The notes below the pieces were generated by a model that was not told the origin of the DNA, did not search any database, and was given only the letters and a program-made list of their open reading frames with translations. A stretch of DNA of 64,000 bases, taken from contig NW_003314415.1 of the NCBI RefSeq assembly GCF_000143415.4, positions 62,001 to 126,000 of the forward strand, given 5' to 3'. Positions 36,820 to 49,500 of the stretch are shown in pieces. The stretch is from Selaginella moellendorffii. Taxonomy: Eukaryota > Plantae > Lycopodiophyta. Both the position numbers and the translations under genes were made by a program. Position 1 is the first letter of the stretch; each line of letters opens with the position of its first letter.

Positions 36820-37125
36820 ATGATCCATCACAGGTAGCACGAGGTACTCGTCCAGGTCACAGGAGCGAGGTGGGTGCTGGCGCCAAAGAATGAAGCAAGA
36901 CGTTGTTCAGGCGGAGTGAGGGATATACCACTAGGTTGTATTAGATCTCTCAGTCTCTCTCTTGATTGTCTCGCTCTAGACGTCCAAGGAGCCGCAAGAA
37001 GGACGATGTGATCGACATCGCCAAGATCATGATGCACAACTCCATGGCCAAGCGTTGCGGTGGGGTGTCCTATGGAGAAAGAGCTCCAAGGATTTGCAAA
37101 CGGGGAGTGACAAGAGTGACTGGAG
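36820..37125 (+). pseudogene. RPL12: 60S ribosomal protein L12 (uL11) pseudogene, copy A
   Basis: Interrupted segments translate to DPSQV..EVLVQVTG.EVGA and RKKDDVIDIAKIMMHNSMAK..VAVGC, matching plant RPL12. Confidence 0.75.
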
Positions 37126-37257
37126 ATCTATGAGAGCTGGTACGTTGCTCTCTCTCTTTTTTGAGTTTTTGCAGCTTGGCTAAGGTTTGTTTCCTTTCGA
37201 TCTTTGATCTGGCCTTCCAGTTTTAAGAAAAATCAGATTTTCCTTCATCACAGCTGA

Positions 37258-38097
37258 GTTGGTCATCTCTCCTCAAACAATCTGAAGCTACTTGTCTTCT
37301 GAGAGATCTCCACAGCTTACATCTGCTAACTCTCTCAGACAACTAGCTCGGACCGGGTGAGCTCTTTAGCTTCGAGGGATCGCTGACAGCGTTGAATCTC
37401 AGCTTCAACACGCTCACTGGTCCGATCCAGGAATTTGGAAAGCATCTATCACTCGTTAATCGGTGAAATGTGGAGCTCGGACTCCTCGGCTGGCTACGTG
37501 TTCTTCGTCTCAAAGGCAACAACATCTCCGGTACGTCGCTTGGGAATTGCTCGCAGCTCGTGGAGATAACTCTCATCGAGAACCGGCAAGCTGCGACAAC
37601 TCAGGTATACAGGAACAACCTGACAGGCAAAGCCAGGATTGCTAAGCGACTGTTCTGGCATCTCGGGGGAGCTCCTAGTCTCGGAGAACATTTTGGTGGG
37701 AAGGATTCCAGAGAAGGTGAAGCTGTGCTCTGCTCTACCTCTGGGGAAACAGGCTGACGGGTTCTGCTTTGTCCAACTGCATGGAGCTTGTCCAGCTTCT
37801 ACTCGATGGTAGACAGGACCTTTCTGGGGAACAGGTTGACGATCCTGAGTATTCACTCCAATATGCTCTCGCGTGCGATTCCAGAATCGGTGGCAAACTG
37901 TTCCTCACCATACTCTGTGGACGAGAATCGCCTATCCGGAAGCATACCCCGATCTGTCAAAGGTAGCGCTCGAGGAAAACCAGCTTAGCGGCTGGATCCC
38001 GGAGGAGATTGTGCCGAGGACCAGCTCCGCGACATAGGCCTTTTGCAGAGTTGTCGCTAGTCGAACTGACTTGAAGGATTCCTCCGCAACTAGGCCG
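37258..38097 (+). pseudogene. Deletion-riddled partial duplicate of the LRR-RLK at 39237-42436
   Basis: Near-identical blocks to ~39470-40562 (e.g. ggatcgctgacagcgttgaatctcagcttcaacac) separated by many small deletions and frameshifts. Confidence 0.92.
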
Positions 38098-38206
38098 CTC
38101 TACAGGCTGGTGGAGCACTACTACTGCATCGGCCGCGCAAACGAGCTGGGGGATGGTGGAGATGCCTGGGCGCTTGCAAGTAGTGCAAGAACGACAGAAC
38201 ATATGT

Positions 38207-38258
38207 TGGCGGTGTCAGGAATCGAACCGGAAATTACACAGTGATAAGCAACTAACAC
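38207..38258 (-). pseudogene. tRNA relic lacking an anticodon arm
   Basis: Reverse strand reads GTGTTAGTTGCTTATCAC...CCGGTTCGATTCCTGACACCGCCA: A-box-like, B-box and acceptor-like 3' end. Confidence 0.45.
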
Positions 38259-38334
38259 TTTTCAGTCGAACAGGTTCTTTTCAACTTGGGGTATTTGGAA
38301 CAAATATGTGAAACGCATTTCTGAAAACTTTATT

Positions 38335-38408
38335 TGGCTTCATCCAGGTTCGAACTGGAGACCTTCAGTGTGTTAAACTGACGTGATGACCAACTACACC
38401 ATGAAACC
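38335..38408 (-). tRNA. trnV-AAC: tRNA-Val(AAC)
   Basis: GGTTTCATGGTGTAGTTGGTCATCACGTCAGTTTAACACACTGAAGGTCTCCAGTTCGAACCTGGATGAAGCCA. Acceptor GGTTTCA/TGAAGCC, anticodon stem TCAGT/ACTGA with AAC, T-stem TCCAG/CTGGA; TTTT terminator just downstream. Confidence 0.92.
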
Positions 38409-38760
38409 ATCATTGAAAGTAAACCATGATTAACCTAATACATGTAAACTTTGTTTTGTGATTCCCCGGGTTTGACATGGACTTCCTACTCTTCCGGCAA
38501 AGATTTTGTAAATGTACGTGCTTGATCTGAGCTTTGCCGCCAACAATGGCTACAATCTCATCAGCTTCAATATAGCCAACTTTCTGGTCGACTGGATCTC
38601 CTAAACGTCGGATCATCTGCCACCCGAGCTCTCTACAAGATGATGGAGCTCACAACATCGTCCTGGTCACCAAGGGGAGCATCGAAGCTGCGAGAAATTA
38701 TCTGACAAGACAAGAGGCCGTGAGGAATGAGCGGCATTAGGGCAGAAGAGTTGCAGCAAT

Positions 38761-39050
38761 GCCTCGCAGGTAGGTGTTCGTGGTGAGGTAGGCGCAGCGC
38801 CGTGTCAAAGATCGGTCTCCATCGCCAAGGAGACGGGAAGGGTCTGCGCATAGAAAGTTCATCGTTCCGCGGCGCTGGTGATCAAAGTGCTCAACGAGCC
38901 AGAGAAGGACCGCAAGAAGGTGAAGTGACGTGATCGACATCGCTAAGATCATAGGAGTTCAAGGGGATTGTCAAGGAGATCTTGGGCATGGGCGTCGCGG
39001 TGGGGTGTACTGTGGATGGAAAGAGCCCGAGCGAGGTGGAGGTCCCTGAG
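38761..39050 (+). pseudogene. RPL12: 60S ribosomal protein L12 (uL11) pseudogene, copy B
   Basis: Segments GEVGAA, IAKETG, ALVIKVLNEPEKDRKKVK, DVIDIAKI, FKGIVKEILGMGVAVGCTVDGKSPSEVEVPE, with deletions between them. Confidence 0.85.
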
Positions 39051-39236
39051 CTCTTTTTTTCTTTTGACCTTGGCTTTGGTTTTTCCTTTCGATCTGTGGT
39101 TCAGTTCCACCGACCACGGTCTCCGAACGCGGTCACAAAGTCGAAAAGACTTTCCGTGAGTCTTTTTGTCTTTCTTCCCCACTATCGCATCTGCTGGTCA
39201 GGACTCAGGTTGGTCTTGTTTCACTCTGGGATAGAA

Positions 39237-42200
39237 ATGAAGCTTGTGGCTATGGAGGTGGAGGTGATCACTCTGCTTTTCATCGCCTTCTCACATTTCG
39301 CGTGCTGCTATGGTTTTAATTTGGAACAGCAGGACAGGAAAGCGTTGGAAACAGACGAAGCTCTCGTCCTTCTGTCTTTCAAGCGAGCCTTGTCGCTTCA
39401 AGTTGACGCACTTCCGGACTGGGACGAGGCAAACCGCCAGAGTTTCTGCTCGTGGACGGGTGTTCGTTGCTCCTCAAACAACACAGTGACGGGGATTCAT
39501 CTCGGAAGTAAGAACTTTTCTGGCTCCTTGTCTCCTCTTCTGGGAGATCTCCGTAGCTTGCAGCAGCTAAATCTCTCGGACAACTCTCTCAGTGGAAACA
39601 TACCGGGTGAGCTCTTTAGCCTTGATGGATCGCTGACAGCGTTGAATCTCAGCTTCAACACTCTCACTGGTCCGATCCCGTCCACCATCTACGCCTCCAG
39701 GAATTTGGAAAGCATCGACCTCTCCCGCAACTCGTTAACCGGTGGAGTACCTGTGGACCTCGGGCTCCTCGGCCGGCTGCGTGTTCTTCGTCTCGAAGGC
39801 AACAACATCACCGGCAGTGTTCCTGCGTCGCTTGGCAATTGCTCGCAGCTCGTGGAGCTAAGTCTCATCGAGAACCAGCTCGATGGTGAGATCCCGGAAG
39901 AACTCGGCAAGCTGCGACAGCTCAGGTACCTCCGGCTCTACAGAAACAAGCTGACAGGCAACGTTCCAGGATCACTGAGCAACTGTTCTGGCATCGAGGA
40001 GCTCCTCGTCTCTGAGAACTTTTTGGTGGGAAGGATTCCAGAAAGTTATGGCTTGCTCTCGAAGGTGAAGCTGCTCTACCTCTGGGGAAACAGGCTGACG
40101 GGTTCTATACCGAGCTCTTTGTCCAACTGCACGGAGCTTGTCCAGCTTCTACTCGATGGAAACAGCTTGACAGGACCTTTGCCACCCGAGCTGGGGAACA
40201 GGTTGACGAAGCTCCAGATCCTGAGCATTCACTCCAACATACTCTCAGGTGTGATTCCAGAATCAGTGGCAAACTTTTCGTCACTCCACTCGCTGTGGTC
40301 TCACGAGAATCGCTTCTCCGGAAGCATACCCCGATCACTGGGAGCAATGAGAGGCCTGTCAAAGGTAGCACTTGAAAAAAACCAACTTGGCGGCTGGATC
40401 CCGGAGGAGATAGGAAACGCATCGCGACTCCAGGTGCTGAGGCTACAGGAAAACCAGCTCGAGGGTGAGATCCCAGCGACGCTCGGCTTTTTACAGGATC
40501 TACAGGGGTTGTCGCTACAATCGAACAGACTTGAAGGAAGGATTCCTCCGGAACTAGGCCGGTGTTCTTCGCTAAACTACTTGAAGCTCCAGGACAATAG
40601 GCTTGTAGGGACGATTCCAAGCAACTTAAGTCAGCTCTCGCAGCTGAGAAATCTGGACGTGTCGAGAAATCAGCTCACAGGGGTCATTCCAGCGAGTCTC
40701 TCGAGCTGCTTCCGGCTAGAAAACGTCGACCTTTCTTACAACTCTCTCGGCGGTAGCATTCCACCACAGGTTCTCAAGCTTCCAGCTCTCCTCTCGGGAT
40801 TTAATCTCTCGCACAACAGGTTGACGGGAGAGATTCCACGAGACTTTGCGAGCATGGTTTTGGTCCAGGCAATCGATCTCTCTGCCAACCAGTTGACGGG
40901 ATTCATACCAGAGAGCCTTGGAGCTTGCACAGGACTTGCAAAGCTGGACCTTTCGTCCAACCTCTTGACTGGAGAGATCCCGCCAGCACTGGGAGATCTC
41001 TCAGGACTTTCCGGAGCTCTAAATCTCTCGAGGAACAACATAACTGGGAGTATACCCGAGAAGCTCTCCAAGTTGAAGGCTCTGTCGCAATTGGATCTGT
41101 CACACAACCAACTTTCCGGGTTCGTTCCAGCTCTGGATCTTCCAGACCTTACTGTTCTTGATATTTCGTCCAACAACTTGGAAGGCCCAATACCGGGGCC
41201 TTTGGCAAGCTTCTCTTCTTCCTCGTTTACGGGAAACTCCAAGCTTTGCGGGCCAAGTATCCACAAGAAATGCCGCCATAGACATGGTTTCTTCACCTGG
41301 TGGAAAGTTCTCGTTGTCACTGTCACGGGAACTTTGGTACTACTGCTGCTGCTGCTGGTGATCGCAGCTGCTTACGTACTCAAAATCCATCGACAAAGCA
41401 TCGTTGAGGCACCGACTGAAGATATTCCTCACGGCCTCACGAAATTCACCACTAGCGATCTTTCTATAGCCACGGACAACTTTAGCAGCAGCAACGTAGT
41501 CGGAGTTGGAGCTTTGAGCAGTGTTTACAAAGCACAGCTACCGGGAGGACGCTGCATTGCCGTGAAGAAGATGGCATCGGCGAGAACCTCTCGCAAGCTT
41601 TTCTTGAGGGAGCTCCATACTTTGGGGACGCTGAGGCATCGCAACCTTGGACGAGTTATTGGATACTGCTCGACGCCGGAGCTCATGGCTATAATCCTCG
41701 AGTTTATGCCAAATGGAAGCCTCGACAAGCAGCTTCACGATCATCAGAGCCGACTAGAAGCTTTTAGCACCTGGGAAGTCCGCTATAAGATCGCTCTGGG
41801 AACTGCTCAGGGACTGGAATACCTTCATCACCAATGCAGCTCGCCAGTTCTTCACTGCGATCTCAAGCCATCTAACATTCTCCTCGACTCGGAGCTACAA
41901 TCTCGCATAAGTGACTTTGGGATCTCCAAAGTGAGAGTGCAAAACACGAGAACGACGACGTCGAGCTTCAAAGGGACGATTGGATACGTAGCACCAGGTA
42001 AAGCTTCCAAAGTCTCTCTTTTATTTTTTCCTCCTTCAATATTGGGTTTTCAGAGTATAGCTACTCAAGCATTCCCTCGACGAAAGGGGACGTTTTCAGC
42101 TATGGAGTAGTTTTGTTGGAACTTGTCACTGGGAAGCGTCCGACTGGTAACTTTGGAGATGGGACGAGCCTAGTTCAGTGGGCTCGTAGTCACTTTCCTG

Positions 42201-42436
42201 GAGAAATAGCGAGCCTTTTGGACGAGACCATCGTTTTCGATCGTCAAGAGGAACATCTCCAGATACTGCAAGTCTTCGCAGTGGCACTGGCATGCACGAG
42301 AGAGGATCCACAACAAAGACCCACCATGCAAGATGTGCTCGCCTTCCTGACGAGAAGGAAAGCTGAGCACGAAGAGCACTGCATTGAAACGCTTGCGCAT
42401 GCTTCCAGCCCATACGATGCCATTGACACGAGGTAA
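39237..42436 (+). CDS. LRR receptor-like kinase, non-RD (LRR-XII/FLS2-EFR-like); one intron 41998-42053
   Basis: Signal peptide, LRRNT FCSWTGVRC, >20 plant-specific LRRs, TM helix, kinase with HCDLKPSNILLD, DFG, GTIGYVAP|EY, GDVFSYGVVLLELVTGKRPT. Confidence 0.95.
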
Positions 42437-42519
42437 GAAGTTATGCGAGCCTGACCAAAAGAAAAGCTAACATGAAGCTTCGAACAGGGAGGAGAAATTT
42501 GTGAGCACAAGCTGAGAGT

Positions 42520-42638
42520 AAGGTTTTTCAAATGGTCTCATATGGAGGATATGGAGGTAAGACTCTTGAAGTTCCTTTGCATGGATTCTCCGAGGTACTG
42601 AGAGCGTTTGGAGCTGAAGTTATAATGTGGAAGGATGA
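42520..42638 (+). pseudogene. Degenerate copy of the 5' end of the PP2C-like gene (54874-55019)
   Basis: ggatatggaggtaa, ttcctttgcatg and aggtactgagagcgtttggagctgaagttataatgtggaaggatga align collinearly to 54897-55019. Confidence 0.8.
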
Positions 42639-44491
42639 AGCTGATATTTCAGTAAAATTCAAACTATCAATTAAGTAAAGTTTTTATATATAATTGTACA
42701 TAAGATGGACTCTAATTATAGGAGTCTTTGACTAGGAGAAGTATAATTTTTTTATAAAGACGTGATGTATATTAATATGTATAATGATATAAATTTTAGT
42801 TGGCAGAGAAAAACCATCAACACTGATCTTGGGAGTGATGCCTAAGAAAATAAATGTGGCACCAGAGAATGATACCTAAGAAAATAAATGTAGCATCTTC
42901 AATAATTTCCATTAAAGAAATCAATGGACTTATATATGTTTAAAGATTTTTAGTTTTCATAAGAAAAACCTTGGTAGTGGATATACTTAAAATATGTTTG
43001 GATATTCTAGGATATTCTACCATTTAATGGTTAATATTTGTTTAGATTAATCTTGTATTTATAATCTATAAACTTTCCCAAACACTTGCTAGTATATTCT
43101 TGTTTAATCTACCATCTAATGGTTGATATGAAATAATCTTGATTTATAAATTATAAACATGTTTATAATTATTGATCAATTCGATTATTAAAAAACACTA
43201 CTGTTAAGCATACCAAGCATTGCAATATGGAACACATAACAGATTATTTTTTATTTAGCTTTCATATATATAACTAAGGGTTTAAACACAATTTAAAATC
43301 CTTAATCCTTATCTTAATCAAAGATGAAAAAAGTTATAATTATCCTTGAAGGATAATTTTTTTTGCAATATTTTGCTTAATGTTCATGATTATGCTTTTG
43401 TTTTTGTTCCATTATTCTTATGTTTTTTGTAAACCTCTGTTAGTATTTTACTAGATCTAGGATTTTAGATATTTTTTTCAATCTTCATTACATTCTTTTC
43501 TTCTATCAAGCCACACCATCATTAATCAAGGAGTATATAAATTAAAGTAGCTATAATTGCTATATTAAATTAAACTTTTAGTGTTATGGGGCATAATCAC
43601 CATCTTTGGTGTGTTACTATCACCAATTTTCATACAATATGATTGTATAATATTTTTTATTCTTGGTGTTCTACTGTCTCCCATTAAAGTATGATCATAA
43701 CATCGATTAGAGAGGTATAGAAAATGTAGTTCAGTTCTTGGAGAATATTTAAGGATCAAATATAGGAAAATGATATTTACAAATTTGAGTGGATTCCTAC
43801 TAATGAGGAATTCAATTTGATCATTTTTCTTTACCTTATGTTATTTCTCAACTTTTTTTATTACTTTATTTTTACCCCCTTTTTAGATTTTTAGTGTTTT
43901 ATCCTCATCTACAACATTTTGTTCTATGGCACATTGATCATTTTTTACTTTTTTGATTTTAATATTGAGTTTTATTAGTAAAGTTTTTGATCAGTGTCTT
44001 TTTTTTTTCTTCCACAATCTTTATTCCTCAATATTTTTTTATTTTCTCCTCTTTATCTTGATGTTTCAGACATTTTTATCTTCAAAGTAGTGGTTAGAGA
44101 GGACAAACAAAAGTCAAACCTTAATGACAAGTAGATATGGTAATAGAGTAAGGACAAATTATATAAATTGTGGACAAGTGTAACAAGTTCAAATAAAACA
44201 TTCAATCTTGATGTAGTAAAGCCAAATAGATAGTGGAATAAGGCTAAATATAGATAATAAGTGTAGAGTTTATGCTTTAAAGTGTTTTTTTCCTTTGAAG
44301 TAGGATGTGGAAGATAAATGGAGTAAATTCAACCTCTTATAGGTGGTGCTAGACAAAGATAAATGTAATGAGTTTGATTTTATGCAAGTATTAAAAGTTG
44401 ACTAAAAGGAAGATATAAATTTTACTAATAGCCTTGAGTCCAATGCAAGCAACCAAAAAAATTTAAACTTGAAAGATGATTTATAAAGGTT

Positions 44492-44641
<150 letters not shown>

Positions 44642-46205
44642 GGCTTATGAACAAGAGTGTATCCATTTTTCGAATTGATTAATAGTTTTGGAATATCATC
44701 TTGGAAAGTCTAAATTCATAAGGTTATATTTGGTATTAAAAAAGTATCAAGTCCAACTCTATTTATTAGTTAGTGTTCAAAATAATTGTAAGCTCTTGAG
44801 TTTGGAATTCCCAAGAGGTCATCCAGCCCAATACTATTCAAACCCAAGGACATTTAACCCTAAATATCTTAAAACCCTTAACCAATTGAAAAAGGGGGTG
44901 TATTTTTGTGCATAAGCCATTTCCTTTTATATTTAAACCTTTATGGATTGCTTCTTGAGTTGTTCTTTTTTGTTGCTTATAATAATCTTTACATTCTATA
45001 AATATGCCAAACTAAAAACACTTTCTATAAATACTTAGTGGGACTGAACAAAACTAACACAAAGGGGCATGATAGTGAGACTGTTTTGGCAAACACAGTA
45101 ATCTATCACTTAACGAGTATTGAGGGACTAATCTCAATACCACAAGGGTTCCCAACACTAGCAAGTGTAAATTAATGATTGAGTTTTTCTAACTAGATCA
45201 AATACCCTTCACTAATAGCATTTAAGAATTCTGTCCTTATATTCTTTTGGCTAAGTGTATATATAAAGATTAATTTTTTAAGTGGAGACTAAAAAGAGTT
45301 CAACAATACTGACTTCTTGCCATTATGGCAATAAAGAAAGAATATCTAAAAGGACTAGCCGATAAATAACTTTTAATTTTTATAATTACGTTTATGACAT
45401 TCTCCCTCTCATTAGGGAAAATCGATATCTTGCACTTCTTTATCCAATTGGGTTTATTAGAGTTTTTTTTAGAAAGTCTAAATTTAGAAGTTTACATCCA
45501 AGTTAATGATTTAAAGATGGGATACTCATGGATTGTAATAGCTCTCAAAATCCTTTATTCAGTTGAAAGTTATGGATTTAATATTGGTTTGAGCATTTGG
45601 ATTCACCAAAATTCCATAAATGACCATTGTGTTTTGGGTTTTATTTTTGTTGTGGTTATTAGCAATTACATTGTATAGATCAAAGGTCTTGTAGAAGTTT
45701 TATATTCTTGCGTATTACCTATTACTTTGCTTAGGTAATATACTAATTATAAATAGCATATGGACAATTCATTTAGGACTGAATCTAATCTATCTATTCC
45801 TATATATAAGTAGAGAGCAAATAAGTTTTAAAGATTTAATTTAAATTGGTTCAATTAGTATGAGGATGCATATTTCAAATCAAACAAGTCAAAGTTATAA
45901 ATTACTTTTATCAATGCTATTAAAAATATTTAAAAAAGTTATTGTTATATAAATTTGATAATTTTTCTATATATTTCTTCAAATTTAATAAATCTGCATA
46001 AATAAATTTTAATTAAAGATTGAGTTGACTATTTCAATATTATCAATTATTTCAATGATAGTAATATAACATTTATAGGAAGTTTTAGATTATTTTAATA
46101 TTTATCTGTCTTTTTATTTATAATAGCAATAAAAATTAATTATATTTGAAATTTTAATAAATACTATAAGCTTATAAAATTATTATTATGATATTTTAGA
46201 TTTTA

Positions 46206-46208
<3 letters not shown>

Positions 46209-46238
<30 letters not shown>
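46209..46238. repeat. (TA)n microsatellite
   Basis: About 15 TA units. Confidence 0.9.
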
Positions 46239-46242
<4 letters not shown>

Positions 46243-46532
46243 TTATTTATTACACTTTTTAAATAACTTTTAATTACCTTATGAAATTTTATAATAATAA
46301 TTAATATTCCATAATTATAACTATTTATATGATTTATAGTTCTTTTTATATTTTTAGCCATCAATTTTTATCTCATGATCTTAAATACATGAAGTATATT
46401 TAAAATAGATTAATACATTTATTTTAGAAATATTGTTTAGTAATTATTTTTTAGTAATTTTATTATAAAACTTTGTTACTTCTAAACTTTCCATATAAGG
46501 ATATTTATATCTATGAGGTCCAAGTTTCTGAT

Positions 46533-49500
46533 TACGATGCTATATACTAATATTTGCATAGTGGGATTTAATAGTCATCAGATTAGTTTTAATCCTAACC
46601 ATTCGGACCTATATATAAACTAGGATTTTTGAGCTTATTAATATGTACATTTCTGTATTTCATTTCCATATTCTAGACACTTATATTAGTGAAAATGAGG
46701 GGCAATTTTGATTGTCCATAAAGAGTACTTGGATTTGGGATTTTGGTTTAAATCTAGCTTTTGTAATCTCTCTTTCCTTATAGTTTTTTCAATTTGTTCT
46801 TTTTTGTTTTTTTTCTTTTTTGTATGGCAGGGTAATAACTTCCTCCTCTAACTTTTGAGCAGTAATTGGTGTAGTTGCGTGATGTTATGTGATTACAGTT
46901 GAACAAATAAACTTAGTTGATAGCAACATTTATAACACATGGTACAACTCTTATTGTTTTTGCTGCCAATCCTTGTGTCCAACTAGAGTTTTTCTATAGG
47001 AATCCTAGGGATGATATGTACCATTGTTTCGATCACTTTAAGATGATTGCTACATATTACTTTTGGAATGATGTTCAGTGTTTGTGTCAATTTTTCACAT
47101 GTTTTCAAAGGATGTCACTGCAATGGTATAATGGTTTGAGCGGAACCATTTGTAGGGATTGAAGCATTCTCCTAGATATCTTCAAACATGCATTTAGACA
47201 TGTTAATGATTGTGATGATACTTTTTAATAATTATATCGTTTTTGTCAAAGGCCATCTAAGTCAATGATGTAATTTAGCATTCTTTTCTAAAGCCTCTTA
47301 CTTTATCTAAAGATAAATATGTTGGAGCGAATTAAGTTGGGAATGTTGTGACTAGTGCTTCATCAAGATCTTGTAAAATTTATATATGCACTTATTCCAG
47401 CCATCCTTAATGATGCTCTTTGTTTGGCACAACATTATAAAATATCACATCTTTCACTTCTTGCTACACATTCTTTAACTCCATTTCTTATAGGAAATGG
47501 TTCTATTTTAATGGAGGTTGATGTTGTTACTGCCCAAGTTCAAAGATAAGGGCAAGGACGTGGTTATGACTGTAATATCCACTATTAGGCTTATAATAAA
47601 ATTAATTACACTTATGGGTGTTTTTGGTATTTTTCGGATTGGTGACCTTTATTTCTTGGGTGGAGACCTTGGCATCAACAAAGTGGAAGGTCTAGGTACT
47701 GAGATGCTTATGGGAAACGAGGAGCTAAATGAGTAGTGAAGAGTCCTTATGCAAATAAGTCAGTGATCCCTTCATCTTTATTTTAGGAGTATCATTAAAG
47801 GGTTTATTTGACACTAATTCATTTAGTGTTTACTTTTCAAGTTTATTTTTATAACAAAAAGTCTCTTATTATTCTCTTTATATTGGTTGATACAGATTTA
47901 AATTTATCTTCTATTATTTGGCCTGTTACCACATGTTGTTGTTTATATTTGCGTTATGTGGCAGAGTTAGTTTTCATTCTTTATGGCAATGGCTATACAC
48001 ACACATGTGTATGAGATGAGGCAAACCTAATTGTGTGTGTAGGCAATCTCAAACTTGAGCTACAATCATTGCAGTTGGTGTCGACTCAAGCTTTTGCCTC
48101 ATCCTTGGTATAGATTAATTGTGCCACAATTATGCCAAATGTGACTTTGAAGCTTCTCCCCTTTGTCTCATGTTTCTTTATATTTCTTCCATTCTTTTTA
48201 GTTTTATTCTTTTTTGTCTCTTTGGTTTTACCTTTACTTCAATCACTTTTATTTCCTCATTACTTCCTTTTATGTTTTCATCTTCTCCCTCTATTCCCTC
48301 TTCCAATCCCTCTGATATTCCTTGTGTTGCAGAAATTGACTAACTCATAAAGGACGATCTCTTTGAATTTGACTTATTGTCTGGGGCTAAAATTGCAACA
48401 CGTCATCTTATTCCAACTAGGATGCTTATCCAATTAAGGTTCATGTTTGTTATCAATCATTAAAAGAGATTAAGATTTCACATACAAATATCAAAGAGAT
48501 GTTAGAAAAATGTATTATTCAAAAGTCGTAGAGTCCTTGAGCATGTGAATTTCATCTTGTGAAAAAGCTTGATAGGAGTATTCATTTTTGCATCGACTAT
48601 CATTCATTAAATAAAGTGACGATTTCGGATGTGTACTCTCTCCCTCACACTATTGATCTCTTGAATCATTTAGGGGGAAATTATTAATTCATCAAGTTAG
48701 ATTTTACTTCTAGGTACTGACAAATGCTATTGATCGAGGAAGATATTTCTAAAATTCCTTTTCATACACCATTTAATTTGTATGAGTTCTTAGTGATGCG
48801 GTTTAGTTTAAATAATACTCTAGTGACTTTTTAATGAATAATGGACGAGGTTCTTTATGATATGACAAAAGAGAACTTGTGTTATTGGTGCCAGCAACTT
48901 CATTACATCGTAAATCGTCACTAAGTTATTAGCAATGATATCTTGAGAGGATATAAGAGGAACACATCCATGATGTTCATAAAGTGTTGAATTAACTATG
49001 GGAAGTTTGTTTCAAACTAAAGCAATCAAAGTGCATGTTTAGGTCCAAAAACACCACTTATCATGGGTACTATATTTCTTGTGAAGGTTTGTAAGTTATG
49101 GTTATTTTCAAGTTCTCTATTCTAAAGTGTGTGAATGATGTATAGTGTTTTTAAAGCAAAGTGCAATATCTCAATTATTTTGTTAATCACCCTTTTGATT
49201 ATACTACACTATTGCAAGTATTGTTAAAGTTGTCAAAGTTGTCTTTCATTTGATCTATGGATTATGAATGGGTGTTTACGAATCTCAAAGAGTTATTGAC
49301 AACTCCTTCAGTTTTGACATATTTTAACTACACTCGACCTTTTATTTTGCACATGGATGCTTTTGATATAGATTTTGGAGGTGTGTTGATGCAAAAGAAC
49401 TTGAGTGTGTCTGGTCAATACCACCCTATTACATACATTAGTTATATATTACAATCAAAAGAGATGAATTACTCCATAATATAGAATGAGTGTTTAATAG

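Noticed and set aside
44838-44885. AACCCT-like units suggesting interstitial telomeric repeat
   Set aside because: Only 3-4 dispersed imperfect units.
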